64,000 nt of DNA from positions 160,001-224,000 of the forward strand of contig CAWJSK010000013.1 in NCBI GenBank assembly GCA_963845535.1. Reading direction: 5' to 3'. This stretch comes from an uncultured Spirochaetota bacterium. GTDB taxonomy: Bacteria > Spirochaetota > Spirochaetia > SZUA-6 > Fen-1364. A program made the translations under genes and the position numbers. The notes beneath the pieces were generated by a model. The model did not search any database and was not told the DNA's origin. It saw only the letters and a list, made by a program, of their open reading frames with translations. Below, in pieces: positions 38,523 through 47,486 of the stretch. Numbering within the stretch: the first letter of the stretch is position 1; each line of letters begins with the position of its first letter.

Positions 38523-38720
38523 ATGGTCGAAGTGACGAGGCTGGACGGGAAGACGTACTACGTCAACCCGCACCAGATCGAGTACATCGAGTGCAACCCC
38601 GACACCACGCTCGTGATGGCGTCGGGAAAGAGGCTGGTAGTCCGAGAGGACTACCAGACTGTTTTTGAGCGCATCGTGGAGTACCGGAAGCTGATCGGGG
38701 CTTTCAAGAGCGAAGACTAG
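38523..38720 (+). CDS. flbD: Flagellar protein FlbD (SwrD family)
   Basis: VTRLDG...NPHQIEYIE.NPDT. Confidence 0.9.
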   Translation: MVEVTRLDGKTYYVNPHQIEYIECNPDTTLVMASGKRLVVREDYQTVFERIVEYRKLIGAFKSED

Positions 38721-38757
38721 CTGATGCGCCGCCCCCCAGCTCCCACGTGCCCCCAGG

Positions 38758-38787
38758 TTGCGCTTCAATGTATATTCGTGTTACTAT
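38758..38787 (+). promoter_or_regulatory. Internal sigma70 promoter upstream of fliL
   Basis: TTGCGC-18 bp-TACTAT with extended TG, in an AT-rich patch. Confidence 0.5.
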
Positions 38788-38807
38788 GACAAAAGGGGGG
38801 GGAGGGG

Positions 38808-39362
38808 ATGGCTGACGAACAGCAGGACATGAATCTTGAAGATGTCGGCGCTGGCGTAGAAGCAGCCGGTGGTCCCCGCCGGGGAGGGCTGTTCTCCGGC
38901 CTGATGCTGAACATCCTCAAGTGGGCGGCAATCGGGGTGGGGGTCGTAATCCTCGTTGTCACCACCACGGTTGTCACTTTCAACGCCCTCAAGAAGGGTA
39001 CGGCGTCCCAGAACCTCGCCGCCGTCTCACCGGCCTACCAGACCAAAGAACCGCCGCTTGCCTACTACGACAACATCGACCAGATCAGGGGACAGACCGC
39101 GGATGAGACTCCCGCAGTGTACCTGCTCCGGGTGAGCCTCGGCTATGACCCGGCGGACAAGCAGATCAGCGTCGAAATAGGCCTGCGGGAGCGGGAGATC
39201 CAGAACCTTCTTTTGAAATATGTCTCCTCGAAGACCGTGACGGAGTTGAGCCCTGTGCACTATGACGACTTGCAGGAGGGCATGAAGGACGCAATCAACG
39301 CCCTCATGACCACCGGCAAGATCAAGAGCGTGGTATTCCGCGAGTTCACGGTGGTGAAGTAG
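38808..39362 (+). CDS. fliL: Basal body-associated protein FliL
   Basis: Single TM, IN..M..GKIKSVVF C-terminus, directly upstream of fliM. Confidence 0.82.
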   Translation: MADEQQDMNLEDVGAGVEAAGGPRRGGLFSGLMLNILKWAAIGVGVVILVVTTTVVTFNALKKGTASQNLAAVSPAYQTKEPPLAYYDNIDQIRGQTADETPAVYLLRVSLGYDPADKQISVEIGLREREIQNLLLKYVSSKTVTELSPVHYDDLQEGMKDAINALMTTGKIKSVVFREFTVVK

Positions 39363-39363
39363 G

Positions 39364-40395
39364 ATGACGGAAGTCCTTTCCCAGGACGAGATAGATCAGC
39401 TTCTCACCGCAATCTCATCCGGTGAAGTGGCCACGGAAGAAATCAGCGCCCCGGCGGACCAGCGCAAGATCAAGATCTATGACTTCAAGCGCCCCGACAA
39501 GTTCTCCAAGGACCAGATCCGCACCGTGTCCATCATGCATGAGACTTTTGCCCGCCAGACCACCACGGCGCTTTCCTCCCAGTTGCGCAGCCTTGCCCAC
39601 GTGCACGTGGCCTCCGTGGACCAGCTCACCTATGAGGAGTTCATCCGTTCCATCCCCAACCCCACCACGATTGCGGTCATCAACATGGACCCGTTGAAGG
39701 GGTCCGCAATCCTGGAGATAGACCCCGCGGTGACTTTCTCCATCATCGACAGGCTCTTCGGCGGGCAGGGTGAGGGAGCCAAGTTCACGCGTGAGTTGAC
39801 GGACATCGAGGCGTCCGTGATCGAAGGGATCATTGTCCGTATCCTCGGAAACCTCCGTGAGGCATGGGCAACGGTCATAGACCTGCGGCCCCGGCTTGGC
39901 CAGATCGAGACGAACCCGCAGTTCGCGCAGATCGTGCCGCCTTCGGAGATGGTGGTGCTGGTGACGCTGGAGACGAAGGTCGGGGAAGTTGAAGGGATGA
40001 TGAACTTCTGCATCCCCTATCTCACCATAGAGCCCATCATCCCCAAGCTTTCGGCGCAGTACGTGTATTCCTCCATGCGGCGCGGGACCACCACGGAGAA
40101 CCTGAGCCTTCTCCGTGACCGGCTGGCGGGGATCGAGATAGCGCTCGTGGCGGAGGTCGGCTCCATCGATATCATGATGCGCGACGTCCTGGCCCTCCGC
40201 GTGGGGGACATCATCAGGCTCCAGGACGTGCGGGTGAGCGACCCCCTGATGCTGAAGATCGGGGACCGCCGCAAGTTCCTGTGCCGGCCGGGCGTCGTGG
40301 GCAACAAGATCGCCGTGCAGGTGCTGAAGAAGCTGGAAGACATCGAGCAGGCGGAGTTCGAGGAGCTCGTCATGGATGAGGGAGAGGAAGCATGA
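39364..40395 (+). CDS. fliM: Motor switch protein FliM
   Basis: LSQDEIDQLL, YDFKRPDKFSK. Confidence 0.97.
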   Translation: MTEVLSQDEIDQLLTAISSGEVATEEISAPADQRKIKIYDFKRPDKFSKDQIRTVSIMHETFARQTTTALSSQLRSLAHVHVASVDQLTYEEFIRSIPNPTTIAVINMDPLKGSAILEIDPAVTFSIIDRLFGGQGEGAKFTRELTDIEASVIEGIIVRILGNLREAWATVIDLRPRLGQIETNPQFAQIVPPSEMVVLVTLETKVGEVEGMMNFCIPYLTIEPIIPKLSAQYVYSSMRRGTTTENLSLLRDRLAGIEIALVAEVGSIDIMMRDVLALRVGDIIRLQDVRVSDPLMLKIGDRRKFLCRPGVVGNKIAVQVLKKLEDIEQAEFEELVMDEGEEA

Positions 40396-41525
40396 GTGAC
40401 GGATCACTCTCGCAAGACGAGATAGACGCCCTTTTACAGGGTACGGACACCATCGAGATGGACACCTCGGGCGCCGCGGGCGCCTCTCCCATGTCTGATG
40501 CGGAGAGGAACGCGCTGCAGGAGATGCTGCGGGGGGTCACGGAGAGCCAGGGCTCGAACCTCTCTATCCTGACCGGCAAGACCGTGACCATTGGGGATCC
40601 GAGCGTCAAGGTCCGTCCCGTGTCCGAGGTGCTCGGAGGCCAGCCGGAAGACGTCGTGGACGTGCGCGTGGACCTGACGGACGGCGTGCATGGGGAGCAC
40701 TCGTACATCGTCCCGGCCTCCATTGCGGGGACCATCGCAGGCTTGATGATGGGACAGCAGGGCGGGGAGCTGGATGAGGCGTCCCTGTCCGCCGTTTCGG
40801 AGGCCATCTCCCAGATCACCGGGACGGCAGCTACGGCAATCGGCAACCGCGTGAGCCGGGTGGTCAAGACGGCGCCGCCGGACCTCCGCCGCACAAAGAG
40901 GCAGCAGGCGCGCGTGCCGCAGGGTGACGTGTGCGTCACGGTGGACTACCCGATGTCCATCGAGGGTTTCCCCACGGCAACGCTGACGGAGGTCTTCTCC
41001 CTGTCTCTCGCTTCGGAGATCGTCTCCCTGGCAAGCGGCGCGGACGCGGCCCAGCCCGCGGCCGCATTCGGGGCTCCGGCGGCGGGCCGGGGAGCCGCGC
41101 GTTCAGCGGCGCGTCCCGCGCAGCCCGCGGGCGCGGGAGACCTGGGTTTCCAGCAGACGTTCGGGCAGGCTTTCGGAGGACCGGCCCAGGGGCCGGCCAT
41201 GGCCCCGCCGAACGTGCAGCCCATCCAGTTCGCCAACCTGCAGGGCGCGCCCGCGAGCGGAGAGCAGGGGAACATCGGTCTTCTCATGGACGTCTACATG
41301 GAGATGACGGTGGAGCTGGGACGCACGCGCAAGAGGATCAAGGACATCCTGGGGATAGGGGAAGGGACCATCATAGAGCTGGACAAGCTTGCCGGTGAAC
41401 CGGTGGACATCCTCGTGAACCACAAGCTGATTGCCAAGGGAGAAGTCGTGGTCATTGATGAAAACTTCGGTGTTCGCGTGACAGAGATCGTTTCGCAGAT
41501 GGACAGGATGAACGAGTTGACATAG
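40392..41525 (+). CDS. fliY: Motor switch protein FliY/FliN (CheC-like plus SpoA domain)
   Basis: LSQDEIDALL, middle CheC-like domain, VELGR...LAGEPVDILVN...GEVVV...FGVR. Confidence 0.88.
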   Translation: MSDGSLSQDEIDALLQGTDTIEMDTSGAAGASPMSDAERNALQEMLRGVTESQGSNLSILTGKTVTIGDPSVKVRPVSEVLGGQPEDVVDVRVDLTDGVHGEHSYIVPASIAGTIAGLMMGQQGGELDEASLSAVSEAISQITGTAATAIGNRVSRVVKTAPPDLRRTKRQQARVPQGDVCVTVDYPMSIEGFPTATLTEVFSLSLASEIVSLASGADAAQPAAAFGAPAAGRGAARSAARPAQPAGAGDLGFQQTFGQAFGGPAQGPAMAPPNVQPIQFANLQGAPASGEQGNIGLLMDVYMEMTVELGRTRKRIKDILGIGEGTIIELDKLAGEPVDILVNHKLIAKGEVVVIDENFGVRVTEIVSQMDRMNELT

Positions 41526-41588
41526 CGCCGTCAGGGTTCGGCCGTGGAACGCAGGGCTGACGCGTTCCGCGCGCACCGCTGACGGCGC
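41525..41588. other. Long intergenic stem-loop
   Basis: GCGCCGTCAG/CTGACGGCGC outer stem enclosing CGTGGAACGC/GCGTTCCGCG. Confidence 0.6.
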
Positions 41589-41636
41589 ATCACACATTTT
41601 CAGATTTTATCTGGGAGGGGGAATCTGAAAAACCTG

Positions 41637-42281
41637 ATGCGTTTTCTCACGGGCGCCGTCATGGCGCTCGTGATAACCGCCACGCCCGGCTTCGGGCAGG
41701 CAAACACGAACCCCAATGCCGGTTCCCCGGCGGCGGGCGTTTCGGGAGCTCAGAGTCCCAACGAGTCCGAGCTTGTCATTCCAGACACGGATAGCGGCCA
41801 GCGCGCGGGCGGCCAGGGCAGAGGTGCGCCCGCAGCGCAGGCTGCACAGCCCGCGACCCCGGGAGTCTCCCTGTGGGACTTCGTGAGGATGTTCATCATC
41901 CTCGCCGCGGTGGTCGGAGCCATCTATCTCCTGTTCTGGGTCCTTCGACGAAGCGCTGGAAAGAGGGTCACGGAGAACGACCTGATCCGCGTGCTTGGCT
42001 CGAAGAACCTTGCCGGGAACAGGGCGCTTCACCTTGTGGAGGTCGGTTCCTCGGTGTTCCTCGTCGGAGCATCCGAGGGGGGAGTGGAGCTCATTTCCCA
42101 GATCACCGACAAGGAGAGCCTCGACTCGGTGAGGCTGAAGGCCACGGAAGAGGCGCCGGGGGGAAGGCGCAACTTCCAGCAGCTCCTTTCGGAGATCTTT
42201 CGCCCGGCTGCGCGCCCGGTTTCCCTGGGTGACGGGGTCGGGTTCCTGCGCGGCCAGCGGGACAAGCTGAGGAAGCTATGA
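41637..42281 (+). CDS. fliO: Flagellar biosynthesis protein FliO/FliZ
   Basis: Signal peptide plus TM plus LHLVEVG..VFLVG; upstream of fliP. Possible CTG start at 41625. Confidence 0.85.
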   Translation: MRFLTGAVMALVITATPGFGQANTNPNAGSPAAGVSGAQSPNESELVIPDTDSGQRAGGQGRGAPAAQAAQPATPGVSLWDFVRMFIILAAVVGAIYLLFWVLRRSAGKRVTENDLIRVLGSKNLAGNRALHLVEVGSSVFLVGASEGGVELISQITDKESLDSVRLKATEEAPGGRRNFQQLLSEIFRPAARPVSLGDGVGFLRGQRDKLRKL

Positions 42282-43123
42282 AGAGGCTTCTTCCCGTCCT
42301 TGTCCTGCTGATCCTGGTGGGCTCGCTTTTCCCCGTGGGAGCGTTTGCCCAGGCAGCCGCGGCTTCACCGGGGGCAGGCCCCGCGGCCAGCGCGCCCGCG
42401 GCCGGCGCAGGGCGGGTGGGCGCGGCCGGCGCGGCCAACCTCCCCATCCCGTTTGTGGACTTCAACGTGCGGACGGCGCGCAGCAACCAGGAAGTGGTGC
42501 TTTCCGTTCAGCTCCTGCTCCTTCTTACGGTGCTGGCGCTGGCCCCGTCCATCCTCATCCTGACCACGTGCTTCCTTCGTATTGCCATTGTTTTCGATTT
42601 CATCAAGCGCGCCCTGTCCCTCCAATCAGCCCCTCCCAACCAGGTGATGATGGGGCTCGCGCTTTTTCTCACGCTGTTCATCATGTGGCCGACGTTCAGC
42701 CAGATCTACGAGACCTCCCTCAAGCCGTTCGGAGAGGGGAAGGTGGGTCTCCAGGAAATGTTCACGAATGCGGAGAAGCCGCTTCGGATCTTCATGTACC
42801 GCCAGATGGGCAACGACGCCCAGTCCATACGGCTCTTCATGAGCATGCGGGGCCTTCCCAAGCCGCAGACACTCGCCGACGTGCCGACGTATGTGCTCAT
42901 CCCGGCATTCGTCATCCATGAAATGACGACCGCCTTCAAAATAGGAATTCTACTCTTCATACCATTCATCATCATCGACATGGTGGTTGCCTCCACGCTC
43001 ATGTCGATGGGAATGATCATGCTGCCTCCCGTGATGATCTCCATGCCGTTCAAGCTGATCCTCTTCGTGCTCGTGGACGGCTGGGGGCTGCTCACCATGC
43101 AGCTAGTAAGGAGCTTCCGATGA
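42278..43123 (+). CDS. fliP: Export gate protein FliP
   Basis: LAPSIL, PPNQV, LIPAF, MLPP..IS.PFK, DGW. Confidence 0.96.
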   Translation: MKRLLPVLVLLILVGSLFPVGAFAQAAAASPGAGPAASAPAAGAGRVGAAGAANLPIPFVDFNVRTARSNQEVVLSVQLLLLLTVLALAPSILILTTCFLRIAIVFDFIKRALSLQSAPPNQVMMGLALFLTLFIMWPTFSQIYETSLKPFGEGKVGLQEMFTNAEKPLRIFMYRQMGNDAQSIRLFMSMRGLPKPQTLADVPTYVLIPAFVIHEMTTAFKIGILLFIPFIIIDMVVASTLMSMGMIMLPPVMISMPFKLILFVLVDGWGLLTMQLVRSFR

Positions 43124-43383
43124 GCATGGGAACGGCAATTGCGATCATCCGGGAAGGGGTGCTGGAAACGCTCTTCCTCGCGGGCCCGCTTCTCCTCATT
43201 GGGATGGCGGTCGGTCTGGTTGTCGCCATCCTGCAGGCCACCACGTCAATCCAGGAACAAACCCTCAGTTTCGTTCCCAAGATCGCAGCCATCCTGCTGG
43301 GGCTGATCCTCCTCGGGAGGCTGCTTTTGGATTCCCTCGTGGGATATACGCGCAGGCTGTTCGACATGATTCCGCACATTTAA
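43120..43383 (+). CDS. fliQ: Export gate protein FliQ
   Basis: QATTSIQEQTLSFVPK. Confidence 0.96.
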   Translation: MSMGTAIAIIREGVLETLFLAGPLLLIGMAVGLVVAILQATTSIQEQTLSFVPKIAAILLGLILLGRLLLDSLVGYTRRLFDMIPHI

Positions 43384-43421
43384 GGGAGGGGAGGAAGCGG
43401 CGGGCAACCTTCGGGAACGTC

Positions 43422-44207
43422 ATGATAGAAGCGATGGTCACCAACATACGGCTCTTCCTCCTCGTGTTCTTCCGCATCATTGCGATGGTGGAGGTGGCCC
43501 CGCTCCTGTCTTCGTCATCCATCCCCCAAATGGCCAAGATCGGGCTTGCGTTCTTCACGGCGGCCACGGTCTTCCCCTGGGTCCTGCAGTCCGGCTACAT
43601 CATCCCCGCGAACGCCGTGGAGTACTTTTTCCTCGTGCTCGGCGAGGTGGCCATCGGGCTGTTGATCGGGTTTCTCCTTCTCCTCATTTTCTCCGCGTTT
43701 CAGCTCGCGGGCCATTTCTTCTCCCTTCAGATGGGGTTCGGAGCATCCGAAGTTTTCGACCCGCTCTCCCAGGTGGAAGTGCCGCTCATGGGCGAGTTCC
43801 TGAACCTGATCGCGATGCTCGTCTTCATTACGATCTCGGGAACCGGGAAGTTTCTCCTTGTGGGCGTGCTGCACTCGTTCCAGCACCTGCGCGCGGTGGA
43901 CCTCGTTACGCACAAGGAGGCAATCATCTCGCTCCTGGTGAGCGGCCTGGGAGGCCTTTTCCAGAGCGCGCTCACGATCTCTTTCCCCATCCTCGGGACG
44001 CTGCTTCTCGTTTCGATCGTCATGGGCCTCCTGGCCAAGGCGGCCCCGCAGATGGACATCCTGACCATGGGATTCCCCGTTTCCATCGGCGTGTCCTTCA
44101 TCATTCTTTTTGCGACGCTGCCTTTCCTGATGACCGCTTTCGAGCGGATCATCGATGGCAGCTTCAGCACGCTGCAGGCGTTCATCGTGGGAGCGGGAAG
44201 CAAATGA
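43422..44207 (+). CDS. fliR: Export gate protein FliR
   Basis: GE...G, QMGFG...FDP, APQM....GFP. Confidence 0.94.
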   Translation: MIEAMVTNIRLFLLVFFRIIAMVEVAPLLSSSSIPQMAKIGLAFFTAATVFPWVLQSGYIIPANAVEYFFLVLGEVAIGLLIGFLLLLIFSAFQLAGHFFSLQMGFGASEVFDPLSQVEVPLMGEFLNLIAMLVFITISGTGKFLLVGVLHSFQHLRAVDLVTHKEAIISLLVSGLGGLFQSALTISFPILGTLLLVSIVMGLLAKAAPQMDILTMGFPVSIGVSFIILFATLPFLMTAFERIIDGSFSTLQAFIVGAGSK

Positions 44208-45370
44208 GCGGAATGCTCGCCATGGCCGAGCCGCTGCTTGATCCTCTGGGGTTCCCGCTCGGCACTCCCTTCGACGTCCACCTCCAATGGTTCGCGGCGG
44301 AAGACGAAGGGCGCACCGAGGAGCCTTCCGAGCACAAGATCAGGAAGGCGCGGGAGGAAGGGAAAGTCGCCAAGTCCTCGGAGTTCAGCTCATCGCTGGT
44401 CCTGCTGGCGGGAATTGCCACGCTGGGGCTCATCGGGAGCTCCATGCTGAGGTCCTTCGCGGAGATGCTGCGCTTCTTCCTGTCCATTGCCGCCACCCCG
44501 GGCGCATTCAACGGGAGCCTGCTGATTGCGCTCCTGAGCTGGGCCGCCAAGATCGGGCTCCCCATCCTGGTGGTGGCATTCGTGGTTGCCGTGCTGGGAA
44601 ACGTGATCCAGGTAGGCTTCCTCTTCACGGCGAAACCCATCACGCCGGACTTCAGCCGCATCACGCCGCGCTTCGGGAGATGGTTTTCGAGGTCTTTCGG
44701 ATCACCGGAAGCGCTTTTCAATCTCGCGAAAGCCCTCGTCAAGATTGCGCTGATAGTCGCCATCTCCTTCGTGAACATCCGCGGTGAGATCCCGCGCCTC
44801 ACGCGGCTGGCAATGGAGCCGTTCTTCTCGGGAGTGTCCGTCATCGCGCAGATTGCCTTCCGCATCATGCTGGAGGCGGCCATCGCGCTTCTTGCTTTTT
44901 CCGCCATCGATTACTGGTTCCAGCGGCGCCAGCACCTGGAGTCCCTCAAGATGTCCCGCCAGGAAGTCAAGGAAGAGCGCAAGATGTATGAAGGGGACCC
45001 GCTGACGCGAAGCAGGCTGCGTGAACGGATGCGGGAGATCATGCGGCGCAACATGCTGAAAGCGGTGCCGAAAGCGGACGTTGTCATCACGAACCCCACG
45101 CACTACGCCGTTGCCCTCGAATACAACCGCGCCATCATGCAGGCGCCCACCGTGGTCGCAAAAGGGGCGGACATGATCGCGCAGCGCATCAAGGAAGTGG
45201 CCGGGGAGAACAATGTGCCAATCATGGAGAACAAGCCGCTTGCCCAGGCGTTGTACAAGGAAGTCGAGATCGGCGACAGCATCCCGGAGAAGTTCTACGA
45301 GGTGATGTCCACCATCCTTGCCGAGGTATACCGACTGGCGGGAAAGACCGAGGAGGCTCGCTATGGCTGA
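44204..45370 (+). CDS. flhB: Export apparatus protein FlhB
   Basis: RTEEPS..K..KAREEG, EGDP, NPTH autocleavage motif. Confidence 0.96.
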   Translation: MSGMLAMAEPLLDPLGFPLGTPFDVHLQWFAAEDEGRTEEPSEHKIRKAREEGKVAKSSEFSSSLVLLAGIATLGLIGSSMLRSFAEMLRFFLSIAATPGAFNGSLLIALLSWAAKIGLPILVVAFVVAVLGNVIQVGFLFTAKPITPDFSRITPRFGRWFSRSFGSPEALFNLAKALVKIALIVAISFVNIRGEIPRLTRLAMEPFFSGVSVIAQIAFRIMLEAAIALLAFSAIDYWFQRRQHLESLKMSRQEVKEERKMYEGDPLTRSRLRERMREIMRRNMLKAVPKADVVITNPTHYAVALEYNRAIMQAPTVVAKGADMIAQRIKEVAGENNVPIMENKPLAQALYKEVEIGDSIPEKFYEVMSTILAEVYRLAGKTEEARYG

Positions 45371-47447
45371 TGCCCGCGCCGTTGTCGGGAACCTGTGGCA
45401 GCAGAGGAGCGACATCCTGGTCGCCGTCGGCGTCGTCGTGGTGATCATGATGATGCTGATACCGCTGCCCGCCGTGCTGCTGGACGTGCTGCTGGCCGCC
45501 AACCTCGTCCTGGCCCTGCTCGTCATCCTGACGGTGCTGTATACGCGGCACGCGCTGGAGTTCTCCGTTTTTCCGACCCTGCTTCTGATTGCAACCGTTT
45601 TCGGGCTCGCGCTGAACGTTTCCTCCACCCGCCTGATCCTCTCGAAGGGCAGCCAGTTCAACGGGCACATCATCCGGGCGTTCGCAACGTTCGTGGTCGG
45701 GACGCGCGGGGTCGAAGGATACGTGATCGGCCTGATCATCTTCATCATCATCATCGCCGTCCAGTTCATCGTCATCACCAAGGGGGCAACGCGCGTGGCC
45801 GAGGTTGCGGCCCGTTTCACGTTGGATGCCTTGCCGGGCAAGCAGATGGCCATCGAGGCGGAATACAACTCGGGGCTCATCACGGAGGAGGAAGCCACCC
45901 GCAAGAAGAACAACCTCCAGCGGGAAGCTGATTTCTACGGGTCCATGGACGGAGCCTCGAAGTTCATCTCGGGGAACGTCAAGGTCGGAATCCTCATCAC
46001 CGTCGTGCAGATCGTGGGCGGGCTGATCGTGGGCATGACGCTGCACGGGGAGCCGCTGGACGTCGCCTTGAACACCTACATTTCCCTCTCCATCGGGGAC
46101 GGGCTCGTCACGCAGCTTCCGGCGCTCCTCATCTCGACGGCCACCGGCATCATCGTCACGCGCGCCATCTCCGACGCCTCTTTCGGCAAGGACATCACGA
46201 AGCAGTTCTCCGCGCAGTCGCGTCCCTACCTCATTTCGGCCGCGTTCCTCATCCTCCTGTCCTTCCTTCCGGGCTTCCCCTGGTACGTGCTGATCCCCAT
46301 GGGCATCCTGATCGGCGTGCTCGGGTTCAGCCTCACGCGGCGCCAGATCGCCGACGAGGAAAAGACGAGGACGCGGGAGGTTGCTGACAAGGAAAAGGCC
46401 GCGCCGGCGGAAATATCACCGGTGGTGCCGCTGGACCCGCTCTCCCTGGAGATCGGCTACGGGCTGATCCCGCTCGTGGACAAGGAGCAGGGGGCGGAGC
46501 TTCTTGACCGCATTACGCGCATCCGCCGCGAATCAGCCCTCGAGCTGGGGCTCGTGGTGCCGCGCATCCGTATCATCGACAACATGCGGCTGGAGCCCGC
46601 CGAATACTCCTTCAAGATCCGCGGGGTCGAGGTGGGGCGCGGAAAGATCAAGATGGGCTACTACCTGGCAATCCAGCCGGGCCGGGTCGCGGAGGAAGTG
46701 CAGGGGGAACCGACCAAGGACCCCGCCTTCGGGCTGCCGGCGGTATGGATCGCGGAAGAAGACAGGGAGAAGGCGGAAAGGCTTGGATACACCGTGGTGG
46801 ACCCGCCCTCCATCATCGCCACCCACCTGACGGAGATCATCAAGAAGTACGCTTCCGAGATCCTGGGCCGCCAGGAAGTGCAATCCATCCTCGACGCGCT
46901 GAAGGCGGATTACCCGGCCGTCGTGGAGGAAGTGAAGAAAGTCCTTTCCGTGGGGGAGACGCAGAAGGTCCTCCAGGGCCTTCTCATGGAGAGGGTCTCG
47001 GTCCGCAACATGGTGGCAATCCTGGAGACGCTGGCGGACTACGGCCCGGTGACGAAGGACGTCGGCTTCCTCATCGAGAAGGTCCGCCAGGCGTTAGGGA
47101 GGCAGATCTGCCTGCAGTACAGCGACGACAAGAAGACGCTTCGCGTCCTCACCATCGAGCCGGCGCTGGAGAAGAAGATCATCGACTCCCGGGTGGAGAC
47201 CAACCGGGGCATTGCGGCCGGGCTGGACCCGGCAACGCACAGGAAATGGATCACGGCGCTCTCCAACGCCGTGAGGACGGTCCAGGAGACGGGCAATCAC
47301 GAAGTGGTCCTGTGCTCGGAGGCCGCTCGCCCGCTCGTCAAGTCGAGCACCATGCGGGAGATCCCGCATCTGGCCGTCATCTCGAGTCTCGAGGTGGCGC
47401 CGGATATCGCCGTGGAGGCGCTTGGAGAGATCAAACTGGAAGGGTAG
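45363..47447 (+). CDS. flhA: Export apparatus protein FlhA
   Basis: RVAEVAARFTLDALPGKQMAI, FYGSMDGASKF, IGDGLV. Confidence 0.97.
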   Translation: MADARAVVGNLWQQRSDILVAVGVVVVIMMMLIPLPAVLLDVLLAANLVLALLVILTVLYTRHALEFSVFPTLLLIATVFGLALNVSSTRLILSKGSQFNGHIIRAFATFVVGTRGVEGYVIGLIIFIIIIAVQFIVITKGATRVAEVAARFTLDALPGKQMAIEAEYNSGLITEEEATRKKNNLQREADFYGSMDGASKFISGNVKVGILITVVQIVGGLIVGMTLHGEPLDVALNTYISLSIGDGLVTQLPALLISTATGIIVTRAISDASFGKDITKQFSAQSRPYLISAAFLILLSFLPGFPWYVLIPMGILIGVLGFSLTRRQIADEEKTRTREVADKEKAAPAEISPVVPLDPLSLEIGYGLIPLVDKEQGAELLDRITRIRRESALELGLVVPRIRIIDNMRLEPAEYSFKIRGVEVGRGKIKMGYYLAIQPGRVAEEVQGEPTKDPAFGLPAVWIAEEDREKAERLGYTVVDPPSIIATHLTEIIKKYASEILGRQEVQSILDALKADYPAVVEEVKKVLSVGETQKVLQGLLMERVSVRNMVAILETLADYGPVTKDVGFLIEKVRQALGRQICLQYSDDKKTLRVLTIEPALEKKIIDSRVETNRGIAAGLDPATHRKWITALSNAVRTVQETGNHEVVLCSEAARPLVKSSTMREIPHLAVISSLEVAPDIAVEALGEIKLEG

Positions 47448-47486
47448 GCTCAGGGGCGGCGGAAAGAGGCCGTCCCAGGGGGGGGA

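Noticed and set aside
38795..38802. G8 tract as a phase-variation switch for fliL
   Set aside because: Non-coding, downstream of the -10 and at the 5' edge of the SD, so length changes would alter neither frame nor key spacing.
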